In this document: piece after piece, positions 44,558-54,900 of the stretch
Layout of the letters: every line of letters begins with the position of its first letter
Position numbering within the stretch: position 1 is the stretch's first letter
Assembly (NCBI RefSeq): GCF_033153115.1
Contig: NW_026889771.1
Coordinates: 11,966,001-12,030,000 of the forward strand
Origin: Saccostrea echinata
Lineage: Eukaryota
Direction: 5' to 3'
DNA length: 64,000 nt
Made by a program: the position numbers and the translations under genes
Notes under the pieces: model-generated
The model's input: the letters and a program-made list of their open reading frames with translations, nothing else
What the model was told of the DNA's origin: nothing
The model's database searches: none

Positions 44558-45102
44558 AATTTCAATTTCTTTTTAAAATAGGATTAATTATAACATTTTC
44601 TTCCTATTTGTGACTGGTTTTGTGAAGATTTTAACCACAGGTTTGATAAGGGGATTCCTTTCACTTCGGTCGGTTTCGACATCTCAGGAATTTTAGTTTG
44701 CTCTTTATTGGGTCTAATTTATTCCAATTTCTAAATTTTAAATTATTTATGCATCATATTGTTTGCAAGTGAATCGCAATCTATTCAGTAAGGTTCTCTC
44801 TAATTTTTATTTCACTCAACCCGATACATCGAAATATCAAGGCACTGTTTGGTTCAATATTATATAATATTATACTTTCTTGTAAATTAGTTGAATCTGA
44901 TTCGTCGAGAAAAATTTGTTAAAAATCACTATTACCCGCTGAATGATGAAGCCACGCCCTCCAGCGTAGCAACAGTCAACAATGCTTGACGACGGGTGAT
45001 ATTCCAAAAAATAGTGAATGCGCAGAATTTATGCGCGCACGGTTCACTGTTATATTTATTTGTATAAAACATTCAGTATAATATAATAAATATTGCATGT
45101 AG

Positions 45103-45220
45103 TTGAGTGTAACATCGAAAATTGTCACCCCTCGAAAACCATTGTCAACCTCGGCTGCGCCTCGGTTGACAATGGTTTTCTTGGGGGGGGGGGGGGGGGG
45201 GATTTTCAATGTTACACTCA
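45103..45220. repeat. Palindromic end of a non-autonomous DNA element (possibly Crypton-type)
   Basis: tgagtgtaacatcgaaaat...aaaaccattgtcaacc-tcggctgcgcctc-ggttgacaatggtttt...attttcaatgttacactca. A similar architecture occurs at 54336-54445. Confidence 0.55.
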
Positions 45221-45542
45221 ACTATACATATACTAGTATATTAATCACCAGTTGATTGACGTTCAACCCAGTTAGCCCCCCCCCCCCACCACCATCACCA
45301 CCAGAACCGCGGACGCTAGCAGCACCAGCCAAAGAATAAACTACATTACAGTATAAAAAATGAATGAAATTGACGACAACAATTTGTAAATATTTACATG
45401 CAGTGATAAAGGTGAAGATAACGAACATTGATCGATCTGAAAATTTTTAAAACAGTTCATGTTTGTGAACAGGGCATAAAACACGGAACCCTGCAACTCC
45501 AGAGGTGAGGTCATGCAGGTGCCTAGGAGGAGTAAGCATTCC

Positions 45543-45997
45543 ACAAAAAATTTAGACAACTATTAACAAAATTTAGGTTATCAAATCATATGTTGAATAT
45601 TGAAACAGGTCGATACCATAACATACCAAAGATTAATAGATTATGTACATGTAATCTCCATGATATAGAAGACGAATTTCATTTTATTTTGAAATGCCCT
45701 TTGTATATTGATTTAAGAGAGAAATTTTTGAAAAAGTATTATTATAACAAGCCTAGTGTCTTTAAATTAATTCAACTGTTAAGTTCTAATAATACTAAAG
45801 ATTTGTTAAATTTGGGCAAATTTTTGAATGCTGCCACATTGTTAAGAAAAAATAATATCGATGTATAAGACTATTTTCATGTATATATTTTTACGTTCAC
45901 TCTCTCTGTATGATTTTGTTTTCTTTTTCCATGATTGTATTATTATTCTGATGAGCCAGTTGGCTTAAGGAAATAAAGAAACTTAAACTTAAAACTT
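45543..45997 (+). mobile_element. 5'-truncated LINE 3' end inserted into a Penelope 3'-end repeat
   Basis: LNIETGRY...RLCTCN..IEDEFHFILKCPLY (C-terminal Cys/His motif of non-LTR ORF2), aataaa and (aaactt)n tail; the host motif resumes at tgtcaactggtcacaccc. Confidence 0.75.
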
Positions 45998-46456
45998 ATG
46001 TCAACTGGTCACACCCAAGCCCTCTGTATTGGTCAGGCAGAGGGAGAAATCAAATCAAATAAGACAATTGAAGGTGTAAAATATTCTTTCAAATTAAATT
46101 ATATAGGTGTATAATATGCAAAACAAATAGGGCCTAAAATATAACCCCTATAAAAACGCCGTGGTAAAAAGAGTAGCGCAATATAATTAACATTCTACGA
46201 ACATTCTACGAACAACAAATCGCATTTAATTAAAAATCAATACGATTGCATCATTTAGAGTTGTGAATTATCTCTATATATGAAAATTCATTTGATCTTT
46301 ACTCCGAAAAAAAAATATTTACATTTGATAATTTTTTTAAGGTGAACGCATTTTTCTTAACGTACTAGTAGCTGAAAATCCGTCATTGCAAATGTTGATG
46401 AGATGTTTAAATGAAGTCGACTGTGTTTATATATTTCAGTTACACCTTGTGTCAGT

Positions 46457-46559
46457 GTGCAGGCCTTAGTTATGTGGTTACTTCGTTTACTCAACAGTTG
46501 ACTGTCACTCAACCCGGTTGGTTTCCCCACTAGAACCACAGACGCCACCCTGCATTTTT
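46457..46559 (+). ncRNA. Vault RNA-like Pol III gene candidate V2
   Basis: GUGCAGGCCUUAGUUAUGUGGUUACUUCG...AGAACCACAGACGCCACCCUGCA-UUUUU; tttatatattt near -30. Confidence 0.68.
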
Positions 46560-47695
46560 ACACCCGCCAGAGATTAAACTGGGCTGCAATATTGAAAAAT
46601 TTAATAAAATAATGACCATTAAAAACAAAAATTCTGAAAACATCTATAAATCAAAGAGAGACAACTCAATCCAAAGGAGTATGTAATGTTCTAAGCATTT
46701 TCTTTAAATATGATTATCATACATGTATTTACAATGTACTTAGTAACACAGTATTTGATGTTTTTCTTCTCTGACGTTCTTTCTTAACAATATCTACGGG
46801 AAACATATTGAACAATAAAAACAAAACACACGCATATTGATAAAATGAAAACCAAAATACTAGTCCACAAATTAAACGCTTTAACCGTGAAGTACATGTA
46901 TTTATCTTCACAAATTTGAATAAAAAAATACACATATTAGGTCACAATTTCAATCCTAAAAAGCTATAAATCATTAACATATAAAAAATTTAAATTTTTT
47001 ATCTTCAAAATATTGAAAGCGTGTATTTTTTATGATAAAAAACAATCGATGATACAAAGGGTCATTAGTATTAAAACATGATTGCGACGTAAACTCTTTG
47101 TTGTCCATTCTATAGCTTATTGTTGAGCTAACTCCCCAATCAATCCATTAAGTTGCCTGAAATTGTCCATTCTTTTTGGAAAACTGTCCATTTTTTTTAA
47201 GAATGGATTTTGTTTTTTTGTTTTTTTTTTTTCAAAAAGAATGTACAGTTAAAACAGAGACATATATAAATAACGTTACTGGTTCTAACAAACAGAATGG
47301 AGAGTTACAGGTAAACTTTGGAATGTACCCAAGAGGGAAACAAATACATTAAATGCGATTTAATTTACGTGTAAATAACAACAACAAACCGTGGAGATCT
47401 AAGTTCTTTGGCATTCTGATGTGAAAAATAGAAGTTAAAATCGTCATTAATGTGTAATTCGCACACAAATACAAACCCTTCTACTAGTATCTATTTGCGA
47501 CATAATCCATTTCCTGATTAAAAATCACAGCTTATCAACTTTTGTTTATTTTTTTTATCAAAAGATGCATAAGTCGAACCGATATATTTATATTCCTTAT
47601 TGGCCATTGTCATCCCATATTTTTTGTAGAATATTCATTTATTTTTGGTGTGCAGATTTTGAACAACAAAGATGTAAACTAGCACAAAAATCAAT

Positions 47696-47745
47696 GTGCT
47701 GGCGTTAGTCATATGGCTACTTCGTTAACTCAAATGTTGATACAA
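47696..47745 (+). pseudogene. 5' half of a vault RNA-like unit (V3, truncated)
   Basis: GTGCTGGCGTTAGTCATATGGCTACTTCGTTAACTCAAATGTTGATACAA; no 3' stem or terminator. Confidence 0.5.
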
Positions 47746-48064
47746 TTTGTATAACTTGTATACTTAAATAATAAATACAGCAAACACTTTTCTACACATT
47801 ATTAGGCAACTTAAATAATCTATTGGCAACAAAAAATGAGGGGAAAATATGGGATGGAATAAAAATATTCTTTCAAGAAGAAAGTACATAGAGTTCTTCA
47901 AATATCGTTGGTGGAAAAAAATATTTCGACATTCATGTACACTATATCTGGACAGAGTTGTATTTCTTAGATAAATAGGTTTCTTTCTAAGTTTATTTTA
48001 AAACTGCTTTCATCTTTATTTTAGTTTATTGTTTCAAACAACAATTTTACCTTTCGCGGATGCC

Positions 48065-48163
48065 AAAAAATGTGCAGGATTGCGTCGGTGGTTTATGGTA
48101 GGCCAAAAGGCTGCATTGTATCAACATTTGAGTTAACGAAGTAACCACATGACTATGGCCTGC
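48065..48163 (-). ncRNA. Vault RNA-like gene candidate V4
   Basis: GCAGGCCAUAGUCAUGUGGUUACUUCG...AACCACCGACGCAAUCCUGC-ACAUUUUUU; an internal UUUU may terminate Pol III early. Confidence 0.55.
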
Positions 48164-48638
48164 TTAACGACCAACTACTAATGGTAGAGTATGTACACTA
48201 TATCTTTTAGCAAAGCTTTAAAATTATCAATTAGCAAGTTTTCTCTTTTATGATAAATAATAAATTTTCCTATATAGCTTGTCTTTCTGAATAAAGGATT
48301 TTGTTTTGTTTTGTTTTATTTTCATTTATTTATTTACTTACTTAGCGGGTGACCATTATAGATTTGATACACTGGAGCCGGAGTGATGTATTTTCGTTAC
48401 TATGATTGATCTAAAGCTAAAAAAAAAAAAAATAAATAATCCTTGCATTTTGAAATTGTGAATGTAATCTACCAGGTGATTTGTTTATAAATTCTGGAGT
48501 TCCGCAATCTGATCACACACATACCAAAATCGAGTTACCTCTCTTTAAATCCATACCAAACTTTGTAAATCTAACTTTTAGCATAACATAATCTTTCTAC
48601 TGTTGTGTTCTATTGAAAGATAAAGTCTTGCCGGGTGT

Positions 48639-48742
48639 AAAAGTACAAGGTAGCGTCTGTGGTGACAGGTGGCGACCACCTAAATTGAGCCTGATTCAAT
48701 TGTTTGAGTTAAACGAAGTAACCACATGACTAACGCCTGCAC
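48639..48742 (-). ncRNA. Vault RNA-like gene candidate V5
   Basis: GUGCAGGCGUUAGUCAUGUGGUUACUUCG...ACCACAGACGCUACCUUGUAC-UUUU; terminal stem kept via G-U pairs; internal hairpins AAUUGA/UCAAUU and AGGUGG/CCACCU. Confidence 0.68.
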
Positions 48743-49415
48743 ATGTGGTTGTATGTTAAAAATACGAGTATATCTTTGTTAATATTCAAAATTTGCTCTA
48801 AAAATAAAATAATTTTCAATTTCTAAATAAGTGAGATGACAATGGACAATTAGAAATATGATTATATCGGTTCGATTTATGTATCTTTTTACATAAAAAA
48901 AAAAAAAATGAATAAAAGTTAGTGATAAAGGACTTTAATTGGACTTTACCTTTCTAGGTGGCAAATAAATGAAGAGACATAAGATTTCATATTTACACAT
49001 TAACTGATTAATGATCGATGATTAATTCAGATTTATTTTTCAGACCAGATTCCCATATAACTCATCCATTATTATTTTTAAGACTTATTGACTTAATTTT
49101 TCTTAACTATACTTCGAATTCAGCATTTCATCAAAATACCATTTTATATATGATTTCAGAATATAAGAATTCAAGTCCACGATCACCACAACATTGCCCT
49201 TAGTAAATTAATTAATTTATTTCATTTTCAATGGTAAAGTACTCGATGATTTCTTTTAAAGCCTCTTTAACGATATTTTCATTTATTTCAAATAATATTG
49301 GATTATAAACATGCATTTATTATACACTCTTGGAGAAGCAGTCTGGCGTATTTCGATTTTTCACAAAAAAGTTGTTTTATGATTTATTTCGAAGATTCTC
49401 GACCTAGCGGGTGCT

Positions 49416-49514
49416 AAAACTGCAGGATAGCATCAGTGGTTGTTATGGAAACACCTACATTTGTAATCAGACAATTGTTGAAGTTAACAAAGTAATCACA
49501 CGACCAAGCCTACA
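49416..49514 (-). ncRNA. Vault RNA-like gene candidate V6 (degenerate)
   Basis: UGUAGGCUUGGUCGUGUGAUUACUUUG...AACCACUGAUGCUAUCCUGCAG-UUUU. Confidence 0.45.
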
Positions 49515-50623
49515 TATATATTAAAGGTTTAAACAACGTATTCATGAAAACCATATAATGACAAGTCCACTCAAACCCACTAAAATATGTTACTGAACAT
49601 ATTCCGTGTATTTAAATGTTGTAAAATTTATATAGAAAAATCCAAAAGTTTTTTTTTTTTAATGATTCGGATGTTATTGTGTGTGGAACAAGTACTAACA
49701 TGCATGCATGCATACTATTTTAAAGAATGGTCGGGTTTAAAATGCGGGAAATTTGGGGATAGATTATTATCAAGGTTTCTAGCTTTTTACTTATTTCTTT
49801 ACATTACATATTTTTTAACGTATTTTTTTTAAACTCAAAGGCTCAGGAGCTTGAATTTTTCTGATCGAACTTTTTTCTGTCAACTTTTCACGTTTTCAAC
49901 TTCTCGAGAACCATGGGCCAATTTCAACAAAACTTGTCACAAAGCATCCTTGGATGAAGGGAATTCAGATTTGTTCATATGGAGGATCACGTTCTATTTT
50001 AAAATGTATATAAGGGGAGAAAATTAAGAAATAATGAAATTTTGTGGTATCATTTAAAAATCTTCTTTAAAATTAATATCAAAAAATGATTGCTTTTATA
50101 ACCACCTGTTAGAAGACGATTATTTTTCTTACCATTGAATCAAGATTTGTTTTTTTCCTTTAAAAGTATATTTAGAAGTGACTAAATTAAAAAAAAAATC
50201 AAGGCTAGGCATAAGGCTAGATATAAACTTTTTTCAGATTAAGTTCACCAAAATTGTTTCTAATTCTATATACTAGTAGTTAAATCAGTTGTTTTATTCA
50301 CCAATATTTCAAATGCTATATGTTCCAAAACTTGATACCGGTATATTTGTATTTATAACTCTAACAGTTGGTTATAAAAGCAATTTTTTTTTTAATTTAT
50401 TTTCTTTTATTTATTTTTGGGAAAAAAATTTAACCTTCCAATTTTGAAACCCGTCCCCCCTTTTCAACTTTCTTATCCGAGATGTTATATCGAACAAGGT
50501 CTTTGTACCTAAACTATGTTATCTATAATATGGAAAAAGGGACCTATTGTTATTATATATATAGAATTCTACGAATATATCTAGCTTTTTTATCTACAAA
50601 AAGTTAACCTTTTGATCATTTTG

Positions 50624-51030
50624 ACCGGCGCCAGTACGAAAACTGGAAATTTCGCCTTCTCCTACCGAAGTTCATTGTCGATACTTGAAAACCGAATTAA
50701 ATGCCGAACTCGATATCGATAGCACATTTCTTCTAGTACTCACCAATATCGAAGAAAAGAAAACATCACTCCGCATTTCGATACAGGACTTGCAAGATTT
50801 TAAAATGCACGAAATGATAACAAATCTCGACAGTCAGATAAAATGTTTTCATCGGATTGTAGATTTTATAAACGAACCATAAAAACGATGTTGGTGAGTA
50901 CTAAAAGTATTGTACTATTGATAAGTTGTGAGTTTGACATTTAGTTCGGTTCGCAAGTATCGAAAATCAACCCTAGAATGGCGCCTCCGGTTGGAGGCGG
51001 CGAATTCCCAGTTTTCGTAATGGCACCGGT
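50624..51030. mobile_element. MITE with ~33-bp imperfect TIRs
   Basis: accggcgccagtacgaaaactggaaatttcgcc / ggcgaattcccagttttcgtaatggcaccggt. Confidence 0.7.
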
Positions 51031-51197
51031 TCTGACGTTTTCCTGGCACATAAAATATCAAAATCGGAAAAAAAGCCAGGAAAACGTCAGATATTTCGGA
51101 CTACTTACATTCCAGCTCGTGGATGTTGAAGGAGGGATGGTTGAGTAGGCTTCCCAATATAAATAAGTCAATATTTTCTAGGGGCCCAAGGTCATAT

Positions 51198-51522
51198 TTT
51201 TAGCTACTTCACTATGTAAGAACAGCAAAGGTATGATTCGTCAAAATAAGGAAGCATCCTTAGGTAGTGTAGATTCAAATTTGTTCAAATCACGACCCCC
51301 CAGGGTTAGGATGGGGCCACAATGGCTGATCAAAAATTTACATACGAATACATAAGAAAATTCTTTAAAAATCTTCATCTCAAGAACAGCAAGCCATGAT
51401 TGGTCATATTTACTGGTATATGGAAGTATCCTCAGGTTTTGTAGAGTCTCATCTTTTTTTATAATCATGAAACCATGAGGTAGGTGGGGCCACAGTATAA
51501 AAGCTTTCAGCTCAGGTGAGCT
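51198..51522 (+). repeat. Degenerate HINE / Cg170-like satellite remnant
   Basis: About two monomers matching the 17700-18960 array, ending gctcaggtgagc. Confidence 0.7.
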
Positions 51523-51982
51523 GGTAATTATTTTCTAATATGGAAAAGAAATATAAGATGTGAAATTGTGAATATCTTGCCATGTTCCCTTCATAAGATC
51601 CTTTTTTGCTTGTTTTCATCTATTACCATAGACACATTCACAGAATATTTTATTTCTTAGTTTATGTGGCCAGGTTTGTTTTGGTTCCACATGCAATGAA
51701 CAAATGTCATGTGTACAAATTTTTCCTCCCCTTCAGGCAGAGGTACAAGGCACATAACCCTGAACATTTTGAACATTTTCATCCCTCTATTGTCTAAGTC
51801 AGTTTCAGTAAATTACAACTAAACAATACTGTATTGTTCCTCAATTTCATTAAGGAAATGTCAAGAGAACACAACTCCTTTGGAGAAGATATTATCCTTT
51901 CCTAGAATTCAAAATACAAAAACTCTTCTGTGACTCAGAATTTTCGAATGATTATTCTTCACAAGCTAGTTCAGCTGATGCT

Positions 51983-54900
51983 TTAATTTTCAGGTGCTGA
52001 CATTGAATCCAGTTCTTCTGTAATGGGTTCATATGCTGATTTTGGTTTTGTTTCTGCATGCAGAGATTCAATTTGTGAGTCAGTCAGTTTTTTAATTGCA
52101 TCATAAAATTCAGAAAAATCAACATAGGCCTCTACTCTGCCATTTTCATCCAGTTCCAACTTGTTGGGATTGTAAAACCTAGTGGGAAATCTCATTTCTC
52201 CACTACTCTGTGTAGAGGACTCTGTGCTTGTGTAGGTGTGGTTGGTTTCATTGAAAGTGGATTCCAAAGTGGATGAGAATGTGTCACGAGGTGGTGTCTG
52301 AGCTGGGGTGGGAGTTCCTGGTGTGGAAGATCCTCCAGATCCACTGTGGTTCTCCACCCTCTCTGCGGTGCTGAGGTTTGGTATAGTCACTGTGGGTGGC
52401 ATGTTTGTTGGGCGGGGACTGTAAAATGGCACGGACACTGGGTGATAGGCCCCACCAGCAGTTGGGCTGCTTATTGCATTGGCAAGAGGGTAATTAAAGT
52501 TTCTCACTAACAGTGTAATGTCTCCACGTTTTTGACAAATCTGTTTCATTTCTGGCGTTCCTCCAATGAAGGCATCGTGGTGAATTCGGACGACTTTATC
52601 TACCACTGCCTGGGCTACACCATTAAGTGTAGACTGCTGAGAAAATTCGGCTGCCACCATTCTGGCGATGTCAATATTCACACGATCTGTGTTGGTTGCA
52701 GCTTGTAAGGCCTGGTAGAGGCCATCTGACATGATGATCAGAAAACTGGGACGGCTTCCAATCTCAATGCTTCCATGAACATAAGGGTCAGCAATCACAG
52801 GCTCTCTTATTGCATTTCTAAAGCACAGATAAAAAAAAATATCAATTACAAAATATATCTGCAGAGAAAATCAATGCATAATTAAAATATTCATTTTAAA
52901 CTACAGAGAGTAAGTTTAACACCGAGGAAAACATTCATTCTTATGTAATAGTTTTCCTGCAAATGTGAAAGAATGAGGGGAATAAGCATAAAATAATGGT
53001 TTGTTTGATGTACATGTACTCTTAACACTTGTATATATACCAGTAGGTACATATAAAATCAGCACTGAAAATAATGAAATAAAAAATAATCTATACACCA
53101 CACAGGTGTATCTATTAACCTGTCTATTGCCCTCTAAATTTTGCAAATTGGCTGCCAAAAGAAATATTGAAGGCAGGCACATGACATCTGTTATCCAGTG
53201 ACAAAGTGTCATTCTGGTCCAAGGCAAAACAAAAATTTATCTAACTTACCGGAGAGTCTCGATGTCCTTGTATCCCCCTTTCACATGGTAGTCCCCTATA
53301 CACCTGGTGCTGTCTGAACTCCCCACCCTTCTGTGTTGTTTGAGCTTCTCCACATCCACTCCTAAATGAGACAGTCTGTTAAGCTCCTCCTCATTGGAGA
53401 GAGAATGGTCCACAGAGAGTTGGATTACCTTAAAAACGCCACCCTCATCTGTCTGACAGAATAAGGCTCTTGTGTCCCCTAAAATTTGATAAAAATTTTA
53501 ATCTAAATAATAGATTTTAACAAATGGTGCTCTTTTTAATTTCTCTACATTTTTTTTCTAAATTAACCTACCAACATTTGCCACATATAATTTGCATTTA
53601 TACACCAAAGCTACAGTTGCAGTTGTTCCCCCTGTTATTTCCCTCTCCAGATCATCCAGTTTCTTCATAACATCTGGAAACTGATTTAAGGCCTCATAGT
53701 GCCCTATACCCTGTGGTAATAACAGTCAAATATTGAGCAAGAATGTCTCACAAAAAACAGAAAAATTTATTTTTCAGATGATATTAGTTATTAAATGTCT
53801 TTAAATACCACAGCTGAATTGCCTTTTTATTCAAAAATCTACATTAAACATCAGAATATTAAAACGCTGTTAGAAAGATCGATTTGGAAAAATGCTTCAT
53901 TGTGTACACAATTCAATACATTAGTTCATATTTCCTTATTTTGTACATGACTGTATTTGTTGATAAAACAAGCATTTAAGCAAAATACATGGCAATGATG
54001 GTATATTATTATCCTACAGTCAATCTTATTGGTTAAGAGCATGTCATGTGCAGGGAGATAATTTGTGATGTCTCCCTCACGTGCAGGATGACAACTGTGT
54101 TGTCTCCCTTTAGATAAAATAAAATGTCACAAGAGAGATAACTCTGATTTCATTAAAATGTATGTGGGATCCGTAAACAATAAATTTCAATGGTGACGGC
54201 AAAGTTGTCTGTTGACGTATTGTGAAAGTACAGAATCAGAGCAGTGGATAAAGAACACAACAGATATTTTATACTCTATTTTGTGAAATTTAGATCCTTC
54301 AGGATTCTTCATGATAATAAAACTATGTGGACTTTTTAGTAGGGAGACATCACAAATTATCAGGTCTGAGTGAGGTTGTCACCCTTGGAAACTAGCACCC
54401 TTGAGTGACAACTCTACCAATAATTTGTGATGTCTCCTTACTAACAGTCCATAACTGTATATTGTTATCAGCAATTATTCAAAATTTTCCATAAAATGGG
54501 ACAATGGCAGAGACGTAATGAAATTTCAATAAATGATTTTTGTGCTACTATCAGAATTTGTTTTTACTGGTATTCTTTGAACAACATCCTGATCCAATGA
54601 CAACAATTTTTCTTGACATATACCTCTGGCAACTGTAGCTGTATTGTTGTTTTCTCTGCAAAAATGTGATCAATAGACTCAAAGAAACTTTTCTCAACAG
54701 CTATAAATGCCTGCAAAATAAAAGTGGAAAAGAAATTTCATATTATTTGTATGATATTATCTCTGCACAACACCCACTACACATTTTGAAAAGTGGCAAT
54801 ATTAATTTTCCTTTAAAAAAAAAATCCAGGCGATACAATGCAAGTACCTGGTTCAGAAGATCTTTTATATCCTCATCAGTTGTCTTTCCTGACAGTTGCC

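Noticed and set aside
45918-45975. Hammerhead ribozyme (ctgatgagccagttggcttaaggaaa)
   Set aside because: CUGAUGA and a short stem are present, but GAAA does not follow the stem directly and no stem I/III with a cleavage triplet is visible; better read as a LINE 3' hairpin.
42448-49514. Y RNA or SECIS interpretation of the ~100-nt units
   Set aside because: On the opposite strand there is no GGUCCGA Ro60 motif or oligo-T terminator; the strand with GGUUACUUCG and a T-run fits vault RNA better.
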